Assembly: GCA_964016885.1 (NCBI GenBank)
Contig: OZ024740.1
Span: 179,862,001-179,926,000 of the forward strand
Reading direction: 5' to 3'
Origin: Eledone cirrhosa
Lineage: Eukaryota
DNA length: 64,000 nucleotides
In this document: positions 1-13,924 of the stretch, one piece after another
Numbering within the stretch: the stretch's first letter is position 1
Layout: every line of letters starts with the position of its first letter
Position numbers and translations under genes: made by a program
The notes under the pieces: generated by a model
The model's input: the letters and a program-made list of their open reading frames with translations, nothing else
What the model was told of the DNA's origin: nothing
Database searches by the model: none

Positions 1-465
1 AAATATAAAATCCGTTTCCATAGTCTAAATGTAGAACTTACTGAAGCGATTACTTGAATTTAATTTGAATAGTTTTGATAGATTATATGCAATCTAAAGG
101 GAGATATTAACAATAAATTTCAATGCATCATTGCATTTCTCTCAGACGCACGAGATAGTACAAATATAAAACAGAAATCGTTCAAATAAATATCTAAAAT
201 ATTTCTAAACATACAAGATACACACTGGACAAATATAGAAATGAAATTCTTACATTACTTTGACACATATAACTCCCTGCCATTGGAAAATATTTGTGTA
301 ATTTAATTAAGTAAGTAATATTACTATTGACTCATATTGTCCTTTAATTGATTCTATAAAAAATATAAAATAAAACATACGTAGTAAAATGCATTTGATC
401 AATAATAATAATAATTTTAATGGTTTCTGATTTAGCTACAAGACTAAACAGAATCTGAAGAGGAG

Positions 466-968
466 CCGCTCCAATTTGGTGAGGCACAAATCGGGGCAAG
501 GCACGACAGACAGGCGGTAGAAGATGTGAAAGTGAAAGTGGCTACCCTGATCGTAAACTCCTCCCAATTCTTATCAGTCTGGAGGACTGGTTCGAATCAG
601 ACACCGAGAAAATTTACCGGTCTGTCCGTCCAGCGCTCAAGGACGCTGTTGGACTGCATTGACTTGCCTCTCCAGGTGCCGAGTTGCAAGCCCACCGACT
701 TTGTCCGTGTTAGATTCGCTCCCAACCTTTCATTTTACTTCAAGAAAGTGCCGACCCCCTCGATTTCCGAAGTGGCCGACACCATCCCGGTGATCACGTC
801 GCATAAGACGACACAAACTTTCCGGGTTCAGGTTTGAGCGGGATGTAATTCATCAGATCCAGCTTTCGCAGTAAAGGCTCGAGAGTCAATACGTACAGAA
901 GGGAGGTGAGAGAGGACAATTGACAGACCAATCCAGGATATGAAACGGTTCCAAAAGATGTCCATTAA
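466..968 (-). mobile_element. Degenerate L1/Tx1-like reverse transcriptase fragment
   Basis: Minus-strand translation across frameshifts gives VNGHLLEPF..., a (QG)CPLS-like segment, LLYVLTLEPLLRKL, a decayed YADD region and KSVGLQLGTWRGK...FLGV: RT motifs of L1/Tx1 ORF2. Confidence 0.7.
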
Positions 969-1480
969 CTGTCATTAAAGGCTTTTTTCAGCACATGAAT
1001 ATATAATGTAATCATTTACATTTATTCAACAATCTACCAAACTATCTGTCCGTTTAGTAGTCAGTGTTTCTGTCTCCCTGCTTGTCTGCATCTCTTTGTA
1101 TAGTGGTCAAGCTAACTACTAATCTTTCAATATATTTATCTATTTACCTCTCTCTATAACTATCTCTAAATATCTGTATAGCCATCCGATGATAAACGCC
1201 GATCTCTCTATCAACCTACATTTTAATATATAGATGTTTATGTGTTCAAGTACTACAATAACAACAACAACAAAAAAATTTGTTTTATAAAGTACCTTTG
1301 CTAGAGCCGGAATTTTAAAATTTATTCTTATTATCTTCCTTTAACGCCTCATGTGGGAACATTTATTTTAAATATTTTATGCTAACCGCCATTGAAATGT
1401 GTATCTAATTCCATTTTACTATAACTGGTCTAAAACTTTGGCACATTTATTAGCTAATACATTTGATATGAATACTGTTG

Positions 1481-1604
1481 GAAGAAGAAGAAGAAGAAGA
1501 AGAAGAAGAAGAAGAAGAAGAAGAAGAAGAAGAAGAAGAAGAAGAAGAAGAAGAAGAAGAAGAAGAAGAAGAAGAAGAAGAAGAAGAAGAAGAAGAAGAA
1601 GAAG
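1481..1604 (+). repeat. (GAA)n microsatellite
   Basis: Perfect GAA run seen directly. Confidence 0.98.
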
Positions 1605-3084
1605 ATTATAAGTATTTTAGAACGGGGTTTTATAATTTTGTGATAATTTATTTTATGGAGAGTTCCAAAACACGACTGTCATAGGTGCAAGATTACAACC
1701 ACTGTATTCACGTAGTGTAGCATAGCCAAGATAAGTTTGTCGAACACATATTTTCTAAGAATTGTTATTTTGTGTCGTTTTACCTCAGCTTCCTCGAGTA
1801 GTTAAACATACGTAGTTTATATTATCATAGATCGATTGTTATGTATGTCTAATTGCTGGATGTGAGCAATTAACGTTTGCGGCATGTTGATAGGCTTAGT
1901 TATTTCCTAAATTTGAATTATTACTTCTCCTCTTTGAGGATACTCAAACGTGATATACGAGAGGTATCTATTTCTCTCAAACAGATCGTTAGTTATTTAT
2001 TGCAGGCACGTTAAGCTGATGCATATATTTTCCTTGGAGTTCTATAAGTCTAAAATTCTCTAGCTAATATCGAGCTCACTTATGATGCTCCGTAGGTCAT
2101 TCTTCATATCATATATTACTTGTTTAATTGCCCTTTCTTGAAACACAATTCTGTTAATAGTTATGGAATGGATATGTAGTCTTTGACGGTTATGTGGAGT
2201 CTATGACGATATGATCATTGAATCCGCACAAGCCATTTTTTTTTATCTCAGCACATATTTTCTAGACATATTGCTTTTAACATATAAAATATAAAAGTTC
2301 GCACGCGAAAATGTCTTCATAATGGTTGCCAACGAACCTTGTAACTATTCCCTCGCTGATACATGTCATACTTCTATATCCCCAGTAAAACAGACATATG
2401 TGATGTCTTCCAATTCTAGCTCCCTTCTAAAGTTACTAGGAAGATTAATGACTGCTATTCCGTCTCTATTCAGAGTTTCTTTGTGACTAGCTGTTCAAGA
2501 AAGCTAAAGAAATCAGAAATTCAACATCTTTGCTCTGTGAACAATCGTTTTTTCTGTGTGTTCCGCGTAAAAAAAAGTATTAGTTAATCATTTATTTTGA
2601 TAAAAGGTCTGCATTTTCAATATTTTATGTTCACTGGCTGTTGATATAGACGCTAGTAGTTAGAATAACTACAATTAAAACACAACTGCCAGCAACAATG
2701 CACACTCCATATATATATTGGTGGAAAATAAATTACAAATTGTTTAAACAAATGAAGGAAATATTTTTCATTCACTTTGAAATCTTTCAGGCACTAAAAA
2801 AACAAAAAACAAAAAACAAAACAGTTTGTCTACGAAAGAATCAATTCAAACCAATAAAGCCACTAATGATAACAAAAGCAAATAAACAAAGAACAGGTGT
2901 GTATTAACAACTGAATCGGAAACAGATTTACGAAAGACATGTCGAGGAAGAACTGCTTATATTGGATATATGTGACAATGTGTTTAGAATCTAAACAAAT
3001 GCGAAAGTATGAGGCTAACAATAGCAATAACATCAGATTGGGGAATAGATCACCTTGAGTAGCAATATATATATATATATATAT

Positions 3085-3494
3085 ATTCAGTTATTAGGAG
3101 TATTCCAAAGCTTGGTAGAACAAGTTGTGAGGAAAGTTCTCAACATACGTTAAGGTGACTCGACAGGTTGGTAGGGATTCTGTAGTGGAAACACGAACAA
3201 ACGAGGAGTGTAATCAAAGAAGAGAAATAGGACGAAGGTAAACAGTTACAAAAGAATTTAATCCACGTATTAACAATTGTTTCATCAGAATTTCAGTCCA
3301 TTATTGCTACACTATGTTATAATAGGCAATCAAGAAAGATACTGTAGCATCCTAATTTTCAAAATACAAAGTTGTATTTTGAAAATTCTGATGCTACAGT
3401 ATCTTTCTTGATTGCCTATTATAACATAGTGTAGCAATAATGGACTGAAATTCTGATGAAACAATTGTTAATATGTGGATTCAATTCTTTTGTA
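3085..3494. mobile_element. Foldback element with ~123 bp arms (palindrome 3247-3494), PLE pLTR-like remnant between (TA)n tracts
   Basis: 3247-3369 is the near-perfect reverse complement of 3372-3494, with a 2-nt loop; flanked by (TA)n. Confidence 0.75.
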
Positions 3495-3503
3495 TGTATA
3501 TAT

Positions 3504-3943
3504 ATATTATTCAGAATATTAATAAATGAAGACATTCACATAACCAAAATATATATTTTAATGAGTATATTTCGAAGGTACTGTGCTGTTTTTTCAGTAC
3601 GTCCTCGTCAGATAAAATACATGAATTGATGTATGACATACCTCAACGGTTTTGATGTTTCAATTCCAGTATTGGAAGTCAATACTGGAATTGAACCATC
3701 AAGACCGTTGGGGTATGTCATACATCAATTCATGTATTTTATCTGACGATGACGTACTGAAGAAACAGCACAGTACCTTCGAAATATATTCATTAAAATA
3801 TATATTTTGGTTATGTGAATGTCTTCATTTATTAATATTCTGAATAATATTAATAACTCCAGAAACATTCTTTGTAGAGTGCTTTTAATCTATTTTGAAA
3901 CTATATTCATTGAGTAATCAATGGACCATATTAATCTTTGGTC

Positions 3944-3945
<2 letters not shown>
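3504..3945. mobile_element. Foldback element with ~170 bp arms (palindrome 3504-3850) carrying a hammerhead motif in each arm
   Basis: Arms are reverse complements around the loop gaagt at 3675-3679; TA tracts on both sides. Confidence 0.8.
3735..3800 (+). ncRNA. Minimal type I hammerhead ribozyme candidate (mirror copy on - strand at ~3554-3619)
   Basis: tattttat-CTGACGA-tgacgtactg-(loop)-cagtaccttc-GAAA-tata-TTC-attaaaata; stem II gtactg/cagtac; short palindromic stem III as in PLE minimal HHRs. Confidence 0.65.
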
Positions 3946-3980
<35 letters not shown>

Positions 3981-4001
3981 GATGCATATATATATATATA
4001 T

Positions 4002-4140
4002 ATAGGAACAAGTAAGACCCCGACGGCTGAGCTCAAGCCGTCGGGGTCTTACTTGTTCCTATTACCCACTCTACTACCCTAAGTATTGAGTACTTTGGTG
4101 CGTTATGGTCCACCTGGTTCCTTACCACATTTCCTTCGTT
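4002..4140. mobile_element. Short foldback element (hairpin 4002-4062), same family as 16835-17028 and 51056-51116
   Basis: ataggaacaagtaagaccccgacggct / agccgtcggggtcttacttgttcctat; shared tail ...ggtgcgttatggtcc...ccttcgtt(TA)n. Confidence 0.75.
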
Positions 4141-6710
4141 ATATATATATATATATATATGTACGAACGTATAAAACTGACACGATGAAGTAGCAGTGGG
4201 TAAGTGAGACTGCCTTACTAACACCAATATTAAAGATATTATTGTTTCTTCTGCAAATAAAATACCATACTAAAACTATTCATGACAATTATTCAACTAC
4301 TTTATAGACGATAAATTGTAATTTTGATTAAATATTAATTAAATTCTACAAGCGTAACATTCCAACATACCATATATGCAGGAACAGAATAATCCTTTTA
4401 TTATTTATTCAAAATCAGCAAAAATTCCGTAGCTCTATTTATTTGAATGATAATATCACTCGCTCTTGGTCTTTCGATGCTGGAGGGTATACAATAAGAT
4501 CTTTGTTAAACTCTAACAAGTAATTGAAAGTATTAGTAAAAAGGGAAACAAAAAAGGACATGAAACAAAGTCTGTTGAACTAAAGGTTTGATGCACAGAT
4601 GAATACATTCCATGTAGTTTATGAATAGAAGCAATTTTATACCTTGTCAAAACACGCGAATTTGTATGATTTGCTTTATCTATTCAAATAAATCTTACTT
4701 ATACATATAACGAATCATGAAAGTAATAATTAAGTATGTTACTTATAATGCAATGTTTATGTTACGTTGCCTGTTCTGAGACGTGGTGGTCTAGAGCTGT
4801 GATTAAACGTGTTCTAACCATTGATAGTTATATCCCTTTTTTGTTAAACGCAATGAATATACGTTATATTAATTTCCGATGATATTACCCCAACGACATG
4901 CAAAATAAATGAAACTGCAATCAACTATATATTGTTCTGAAATGTTTAGAATTAGTTACCAGCAATGAAATACCCATCACAATTACATAAGAACAATTAG
5001 GTGTAGGGCGTTATGGAAAGGTGAATATTTTAAACATTTTCCCAATAATTTTATTAGGCTAATGACGTTACATTCACTTGTAGATAAAAATCGAAAAGTA
5101 AATTTAGTCTATTCACATTTTGACAAAATAGAATAACAAAGCAAATGTCCAAAAATCAGCTAAACTATTTTCCTTTCACATCAAAAAGGGCTACCCAGAT
5201 TTTGCATCAGTGGAAAATATCTTGTACTATCTATTGACCCATAAGTTAAACCATCTGTATTATGCTGCAGTCGAGTGAGATGAACTGATCCGGTCCTTAA
5301 TTCACGTCTCAACACAGAAATACAGCATTAAAACATGTTTCGTAATTACATGTTGGTTCGAATATTTCTACCTTCTCATAGAACGTACAAATCTATTTGA
5401 GTATTCAACTAAAGAATAATACTAAAAATATGAAAACAAACTCTTTAATGACAATGAAATATTATTGGAAAATAATACTTTGTAAAGTAACGATGACACT
5501 TGTACACGTTTGAAGTAAATACGCGTTTGTTAGATATTATTTTGCTACAAGGTTAACACTAATGGAGCGAACATATGATCAATAATTTTCAGGGCTGGAG
5601 ATTGTGTAGGGTCCGATGTATATGTAGCTGTTATGTATAGTAGTTTGAGCATCCACGTTGACGTTACCCAGTTGGTTAGAATTACAAAATTGTTAGCGCA
5701 TGTGGATTATACTGAATATACATATGATATTTGAAGAACATGCAAATAGAAAATACTCGGCACATCTTACCAGATGTATACAGCTAGGAAGTAATTGAAA
5801 AGGATGTGAAAATACGTCAAGTGGGAATTAAACGTTTCTTCTACGATTGCATTTTCTTCTTAATTGAATGAGGAAGTGATGTATCCATGGCACTTTGAAT
5901 GTCTTCTGAGATTGGTGGGAGAGAGGAAGGTTACATCAAATTTGATTTACCTGCACCGAATGCTAAATGTATTACCAATTACAGAAGTTCAACACATCTC
6001 TTTAAAATCAGTCGTATATTTGTGTCATGTCCCAACATAATTGTATCAAGGCAATTTGTCATGTTTTCAAAAGGATTTTCTTTAAATTCAGAACGATTTG
6101 TTGTCAGGAATGTTTCTGTAAAATACATTAACACAAATCAATAAGAACTTTCCTTTGAGGAATAGAGTAAGTCAATAAACTGATGAAAGTTTATCCTGGC
6201 ACTCCATAACGGTGGAAATAAAATAACCATATTGTAAAGATGTAAACGAAAGATCGTAAAAGCAAACGATAACACAAGTTTAATGAAACAATGTGAATGC
6301 CATACAAATGGAATTTCATGATATTTTAAGAATACGTATTCAGTCTCTTAAGTGTCTATCCTTATAATGTGAAAGGAAAAACAACTAAATGACGATTCAA
6401 AAATTAAATTAGAATAAAACTAGCAATAAAAATATGAGAATGAAAAATAATTTATTATCAATAAAGTAACTATTAATTGGAAACAAACGAGACATTTCTT
6501 TTGTCAGACACTGAGAAACGCCTGATATGCATGAGTACAGTTGAAACTTAGAGAAGTAATCGCATTAAAAAAAAATTATATTCAGCGTCAAAGGAAATTT
6601 TTCGAAGTTATAGTGTCCCACTCAATGTATTGTTTCTGGTTCACAACCAACGAAAGGTCACTCCTTTCAGGACATTTTTACATCGATGCTGACCAACAGT
6701 ATATATATAT

Positions 6711-7899
6711 CAGGTCACGGGGGTAGCCATGGGTACAAGAATGGGCCCAAACTATGCCAACCTTTTTGTTGGCCATGTTGAGGCCCAAATCTTTGCCCAG
6801 TACACCGGACCCACGCCCGAACTGTACGGTCGTTACATCGACGACTGTATCGGAGCCACGACCCTCACCCGAGAACAGCTCGACTCCTTTCTCTCCTTCT
6901 TCTGCTCCTTCCACCTCTCCCTCCACTTCACCACCTCTATCTCCACCACCCACGTCCACTTCTTAGACATCTCCGTCGCCTTCGACCCCTCCCACCACTC
7001 CCTCGTCACCTCCGCCTTCTACAAACCCACCGACTCCCACTCTTACCCCGACTTCAACTCTTCCTACCCCACACACTAAACACTGTATTCCCTACTCTCA
7101 ACTCCTCAGGATCCGCCGCCTCTGTAGCCGAGATGCCGACTTTGAGTCCCAGGCCCTTTCCCTAGTCAGCCATTTCATCCACATAGGTTACCTCCCCTCT
7201 CTCGTCCACACCGCTCTCACCCGCGCCCGTGAAGTCCACCGCTCCACCACCCTCACCCCACGCCACCGCACACCCACCCACTGTCTCCCCTTCCGCGTCA
7301 CCTACCACCCCTCTACCATACCCCTCCACCGCACCATCCTCCGCCTCTTCCGACGCCTCCAGTCCGACCCCTCCACCTCCCACATCTTCCCAGCCCCACC
7401 ACTCCCTCATTCAAACGCGCCCGCAATCTCCGCACCCTCCTCGTCCACAGCTGCCTACCCCCCCAATCCACGCCCCCCCCCCGGTTCCTTTCCCTGTTCT
7501 AGACCCCGCTGCAACGCCTGTCCCCACATCACCAACACCACCACCTTCCAGGGTCCCAACGGCCACTCTCTCTCTGTCCGGCATGCCTTCCGCTGCACCT
7601 CCGCCAAACTAGTCTACGGGCTTCGCTGCACGGAGTGCAGCGTGACTTACGTCGGACAGACTGGACGTCGCTTGGCGGACAGATTTACTGAGCACCTCCG
7701 GGATATTCGTCTCGGTGGTAGTTCCCCCATCGCCCGCCACTTTGGTGCCCCTGGACATTTCGCACGCCATCTCACAGTCTGTGGCCTACTCCAATGCCAC
7801 GGAACACCCGCCAATCCCCTAAGAGTTGAACAACGAACCATCTTCATCTTACAGACCCACACTCCCCCCGTCCTGAACTCCCCACCCTTATTCCTTTAG
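6711..7899 (+). pseudogene. PLE RT C-terminus, Cys-rich linker and GIY-YIG endonuclease (frameshifted)
   Basis: GVAMGTRMGPNYANLFVG, YGRYIDD, FLDI, YKPTDSHSY; CSRPRCNAC linker (Neptune hallmark); VYGLRCTECSVTYVGQTGRRLADRFTEH. Confidence 0.9.
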
Positions 7900-9324
7900 C
7901 CTTCGACCGCCCCCCTCCCCCCACACATATCCCCCACTAACACCACTAACACACCCCTCCTTTTCACCGCCCACCCCACAACTAACAATACTAACACCTC
8001 CACCCCACATCCGACCACCCTTCCCCAACTAACATACTAACATCCCTCCCTTCTTCTCCTCCCTCCTCCTTATCCCACGCACACACCCACCGGCACATAT
8101 ATACACGCGCTCACACTAAACACACACCCTACTATCACCACTAACCCTCACCCCCACACATCCACCCCATCACCCCGCAATTAACATCACTAACACTCCC
8201 TGACCCCAAGCACACGAACACACACACCCACTTACACCATCCACCCTACACGCAACTAACACCCCCAACCCTACGCACACGTACACACACACCCTCTTAC
8301 ACCACCCACTCTACACACCCTACCACCATTGACCCCCACTCACACCCGCATTCAACCCTTTCTCCACCTCCTGTATACTAACACCCACTAACACCCCCTT
8401 CACCAAACACACACACCAGTACACTACACTCCCTCCATCGGCCCCACACCCTTCTCTCCCCGCTCAACCCACACCCTTTCTCAAACACTCACTCATCCCA
8501 CTAACACCTCTACTAATACCCCCCTTCTCACTCCAACTTTCACACCTACCCATCCTCTCCCCTGTCCACCGCACACACTTACCATTCCACCCTACTGCTG
8601 TTATGCCCTCTGACCACCTCCCCGCACACACAGACACACAACACTCCTCCTGCCTTGACCCTCTGACCACTTCCTGTTGCGCGCGCACCCCACATCTTGC
8701 CTCTTCCGAACAATCTCTTCACGGATTACACGTATGTGAACCTTGATCCCGGAATCGACCACATCCATGGATTTTACTAAGCATTCCACCACATCTTTTT
8801 ACGGAATTACCTTTAACACTCACCCCACACACACACCCAAACAAATTTGTTTTCCCACACGCCACCTACACCCACAACACGCATAAACACCACGCACTCA
8901 CGTGCGTACCACCACATATTTACACATTCAGTCTTCGGAATCCTCTCCCCCCACCCCTCTATCCACACACGCACACACACTCCGACCTACACCCCAACCC
9001 ATACACACCTCTTCCTGAACATGCAACCCCGTTCTTCCACCAACCCTTGCTTTCACATACACACACACACACGTACACCTACACACACACACACCAGCTT
9101 CGGTCCTCCCCGCTCGGAGACCCCGTGTCCCTCTCCCCACTGCACTCGCCACCACCCCTACACGCCCCACATCCTTCTACCACCTGTTTTACCCCATTTT
9201 AATTTTATTTTGATCATGCCTTTATTTTTAATTTCATTTGCACCGTTTCCTCTCACCCTCTTTTTGCTATATGTCTCTCCACCACTCCCTTACACACCCT
9301 TTGAACTCTATTCCCACACACTTT

Positions 9325-9362
9325 GCATCTGAAGAAGGGCTTATGCCCGAAACGTCGTTCGC
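9325..9362 (+). ncRNA. Minimal hammerhead ribozyme of the Neptune pLTR
   Basis: CTGAAGA-a-gggc-ttat-gccc-GAAA-cg-TC (GUC triplet); stem I weak. Confidence 0.7.
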
Positions 9363-9445
9363 CACCACCACCCCACTCTTAAGAGCGTGAAATTAATAAA
9401 CATTTGTTTGTACTGCCTCTCTGTTTTGTTCCCGTTCAATTTTTC

Positions 9446-9483
<38 letters not shown>

Positions 9484-10088
9484 AGAAAGTAAGTCCATAG
9501 AATCATTTGATAAAATATATACAGTATTTCTCCTCCCAATCAACATAATTAACCCCATAAAAAAATCAATTAAACGAGGCTGTAATTTGAAAATGTACCT
9601 ATGAAGAAACAATGGATAAATAAATGATAGCTATTTTATCCGTACTCCACAGCCACAGTATAGTTACCTAGTATTTCTAATATCCCGTAGAAATTGACTA
9701 GACATATAGCTAACCATACACAATTAGGTACACAATCAAAGTTAGAAAAAGAAATGTACATAAACATAACAAAATTATGTTTCTACCCTATGAGGTTTCA
9801 TTCGCTTTTTGGAAATATCCGATCATGGATGAATCAACGAGTTTCGAAATCAGCAGGAAACAAACTCAATTGGACAAAATTGTTCTTAAATGATCCCAGC
9901 CAGAAACGAATTCAAAATGGCTAAGAATTGTCACATGACCAGTGGTCAAGTCAGAAAGCTTGTGATTGGTGCCTGACGGCGAGTAGGCTGGTTGCTAGAA
10001 AGCGCAGCCGAATACAGCCTAAAGCTTTGCGAAAACCTTACGGGAGTATATAAAATATGGAGGTTTACATATGCATAAATTAGACAGA

Positions 10089-10131
<43 letters not shown>

Positions 10132-10489
10132 TTTTTGGCAACCATTCACGGTGTGGCTCAATGACGAGTTAATTAATTAAATAATCAACAATCAGAGCAT
10201 TATAAAAGAAAGGAAGTACATAGAATCATTTGATAAAATATATACAGTATTTCTCCTCCCAATCAACATAATCAACCACATAAAAAATCAATTAAACGAG
10301 GCTATAAGTTTAAAATGTACCTATGAAGAAACAATGGATAAATAAATGATAGCTATTTTATCCGCGATCCGCAGCCACAGAAGACTAATTAATTCATCAT
10401 TGAGCCACACCGTGAATGGTTGCCAAAACACACACATATATATATATATATATATATGGCTCTGTCTAGTTTATGTATATGTAAACCTC

Positions 10490-10500
<11 letters not shown>
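9484..10500. mobile_element. Non-coding tandem-plus-inverted element (pLTR-like)
   Basis: 9484-9657 is repeated directly at 10207-10380 (period ~723); 10046-10178 is repeated inverted at 10385-10500; degenerate HHR core on - strand at ~9830-9895. Confidence 0.65.
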
Positions 10501-10562
<62 letters not shown>

Positions 10563-11003
10563 TGAGTATGTGTTTGTCGTTAACCGACACTTCAGTATGC
10601 AGGTTAGAACACTCAACGAAGTGCGCAGGTATGTCTGTTTACTCCGGAGTAATGTAAAAACAAGAGGTCTAAATGAAGAGGTAAAAATTAACTTCGTTTA
10701 TTCATATTCGCTGTTATATATATTTCAGTGATAGCCATTATTCAAGAGCTATGGCCTCAACAGGCAGTTATAACTTGAACCGAAAAGACAGGAAAACATA
10801 ATGTTGGAATAGATCATACTTTGTTAGTTCGTTGATATGTTCAGATCCTGAGTGTGGTGGTAATCCTCTAAGGAACTGAAAGCAAAATGCTTCGAGCCCT
10901 TGGCGGTAGCAGATGGTCAGCGTGTGATTGTGTAAAGCTGGTGAAGGAATGTTACTGCGAGGTAAGACAGATGACTCACTCTCTACATCTCTCTCTCTCT
11001 CAC

Positions 11004-11048
<45 letters not shown>

Positions 11049-11110
11049 ATGTGTGTGTGTCTGTGTGTGTATATATATATAGAATAAAGGAACAAGTCTT
11101 TTAATAACAA

Positions 11111-11217
11111 TTGTTTCTACGTTAGGCACAAGGCCAGCAATTAACCAGTGCATTACTGGTACTTTATTTTATCGACCCCGTAAGGATGAAAGGTAAAGTT
11201 AACCTCGGCGGGATTTG
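11111..11217 (-). mobile_element. tRNA-derived SINE fragment (same family as 63835-64000)
   Basis: Near-exact reverse complement of 63910-64000, including the core cctttcatccttacggggtcgataaaataaagtaccag. Confidence 0.8.
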
Positions 11218-11291
11218 TCTTTTAATAATAATGCTGTGATATATATTTCAAGGGCGACAGTGGTCACACAGTTCCGTGCGCCAGTGTCGCG

Positions 11292-11324
<33 letters not shown>

Positions 11325-11561
11325 ATAAAAGGAAAGCCCAAATAAGAGTCCGTCCCTCTTAAGCTGTCTGCTGGAGGTCGCCGACATTTCAACGCATTAA
11401 GTACAATATGTCTATCTCCAGTGCTTCAATAACTTTTGAAAGGAAGGAATAAAGTGGGAAGAAAATATAAATTAAACAGAAGGGAAAAAAGAAAAAAAAA
11501 CGCAGATAACATACCGATAAAAGTGATGAACATGAGAAGAAGCACATATATGAAAGTAACC

Positions 11562-11575
11562 GAGAGAGAGAGAGA

Positions 11576-11670
<95 letters not shown>
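11562..11670 (+). repeat. (GA)n microsatellite
   Basis: Seen directly. Confidence 0.97.
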
Positions 11671-11674
<4 letters not shown>

Positions 11675-12190
11675 CAAACCAGCGGCTGAACATATATCTT
11701 AGGCCTTATTGACAGTGAGATAGGGAGAGTGATGAAAAGCAAGTCTAACCTCGGCGGGAATAGGCGAAAAGAAGCAGAAACGAGGGAAAACGGAACTAGA
11801 AAGGGAGCAGAGAGAAAGAGAATATAAGTGTGAGGGGGAGGGAGAGGATGGGGGAGATAGAGAGAGAGAGAGAAAGAAAGAATGAAAGGTGAAGAAAGAA
11901 AGGGAAAGAGTTTATAATAACAACAAGGAATATAGAGAGAAAAAAGAAAAAAACAGGTCACAACAAAAAATTAATAAACCTTTAGAAGAAACAAGGGGCT
12001 GTGTAGTTACTTGATAAAGTGTATTTAGTAAAAAAAGGACAGCATAAAAAAGGGATAGCCCTTCTTCATGTGTCTGCTGGAGGTTGCCAACATTTCAACG
12101 CATTAAAGAGGAGACTGGCCTTGTTTGTAGTTTCCTTTTATTTCTAAATTCACTTTATCTAGTAACCCCACAGCCCCTTGTTTCTTCTAA

Positions 12191-12287
<97 letters not shown>

Positions 12288-13107
12288 GCAAAGACAAACC
12301 TTCTGTTAAGAGTGCATAGCAAATAGGTTTGGAGATAATAAAACGATATATATAAATAAAAATGATTCATTAGTAGGCAAACAGTGCAGAAATATTATAT
12401 GAAATTTTAGGGAAACAAATAGAAGTGGATGAAAACCGTCAACATCTAAAGAACATTAAATGTTTCTACGTGATATGAGCATGGTAGGTATAAATATAGA
12501 GATATTCACATAGATATTTTCATTCCCTATAAAATGCAAAATAATTTCTTTTCATTCTAGTCCTTGATTGAACACTATAATTGAAGCTTCTACAAACAAA
12601 AACGTGATTAGATCAGTGACGCGGTGTAATCAATGTTTATGTCAAAGAATATAAACGAATCGGTTGTAAAAATGCAAACAATTGAAAGATTCTTATGTGT
12701 CTACTCTTGACAGAAATATTCAAGTCATACTAAATTTAAGATTTACTGACAGTAATTAGGAAATAAAAAGAATCCGCGTTTTCATTTTACATGATGAAAA
12801 GAATGCGGAGAATTAGATGAAATTATGAAAAGGATTATTGAAAAGGAAATAAAGTAGAAACATGATGAACCTGGTAGATTGTTGTTTCTTGAAAGATAAA
12901 GGAAAAAGAAATGTGAGAGGATGGCATTTTTAAGCAACCCTGCCAAAGCAGCGGAACCATTTCAATATTATGTTTCAAATAATATACACACATCACGTTG
13001 TTTAGTTTACACAATAAGGATGAAATTATGTATATGACAAAAATCATGTCCAGCTCATATATAACAACATAGGTTTGGGGAAAATTCCCTGATCTCTGCA
13101 ATAACTG

Positions 13108-13213
<106 letters not shown>

Positions 13214-13832
13214 TACAATAACAGAGATAGTTTAAAGCTAAACTCTGACTGGTAACCATCTCACTCAACAAACATTAGGTTATATTTAAATATAAACCCA
13301 ATTTAAGTGTTTGGGGTGCTAACAATATGTATAATGTGGAAAAACCAGTTGTATTATTTTATGAGATATAATTACAGTTAAAGTATATCTCTTTCCAAAC
13401 AATTGTTTCATTATAAGTTTTCTACAAGTTGGGGGAATGTTTCCAGTTTATGTAGAAGCCTAATATATATTCATGTAAGAATATATTTAGGTAGGCACTT
13501 ATAAATCATCAGTGGAAGCCCGTTAAACTTTGATATAAGAAAATAATTTCTTACCGCTGTCAAAAATCGTGTCCGTAAAGTTACTCTCTCTCGCCTCGAA
13601 TGACCGCCAAATTTGAAATTCCAGCAGTTTTGGGCTGAGGAAGTATCATAGCGACACGAAGCGGGAAGGGGAGACAACCAGCGATCCACGAAATGAGGAA
13701 AACAAATAATAATATACACGCGGGTTAATTAGTTTTTTTGAAAACATTATTAAATATATATATATACATTAAAATAACAGATTAAAGTTTAAGCAAAGAA
13801 TCGGAGCTTTCACACTTCACGGGATCTTATAT

Positions 13833-13924
<92 letters not shown>

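Larger units (their letters stand above)
6711..9447 (+). mobile_element. Penelope-like element, Neptune type, 5'-truncated, inserted in (TA)n
   Basis: RT and GIY-YIG remnants, long CA-rich 3' region, terminal HHR, AATAAA near 9395, TA repeats on both sides. Confidence 0.9.

Noticed and set aside
526-837. 103-aa plus-strand ORF
   Set aside because: Antisense shadow of the minus-strand L1/Tx1 RT fragment.
10840-10970. Candidate exon ending gag|gtaaga
   Set aside because: No recognisable protein and no partner exons.
13490-13835. Possible Helitron/Helentron-like non-autonomous repeat
   Set aside because: Single copy in the window and no clear terminal signatures.
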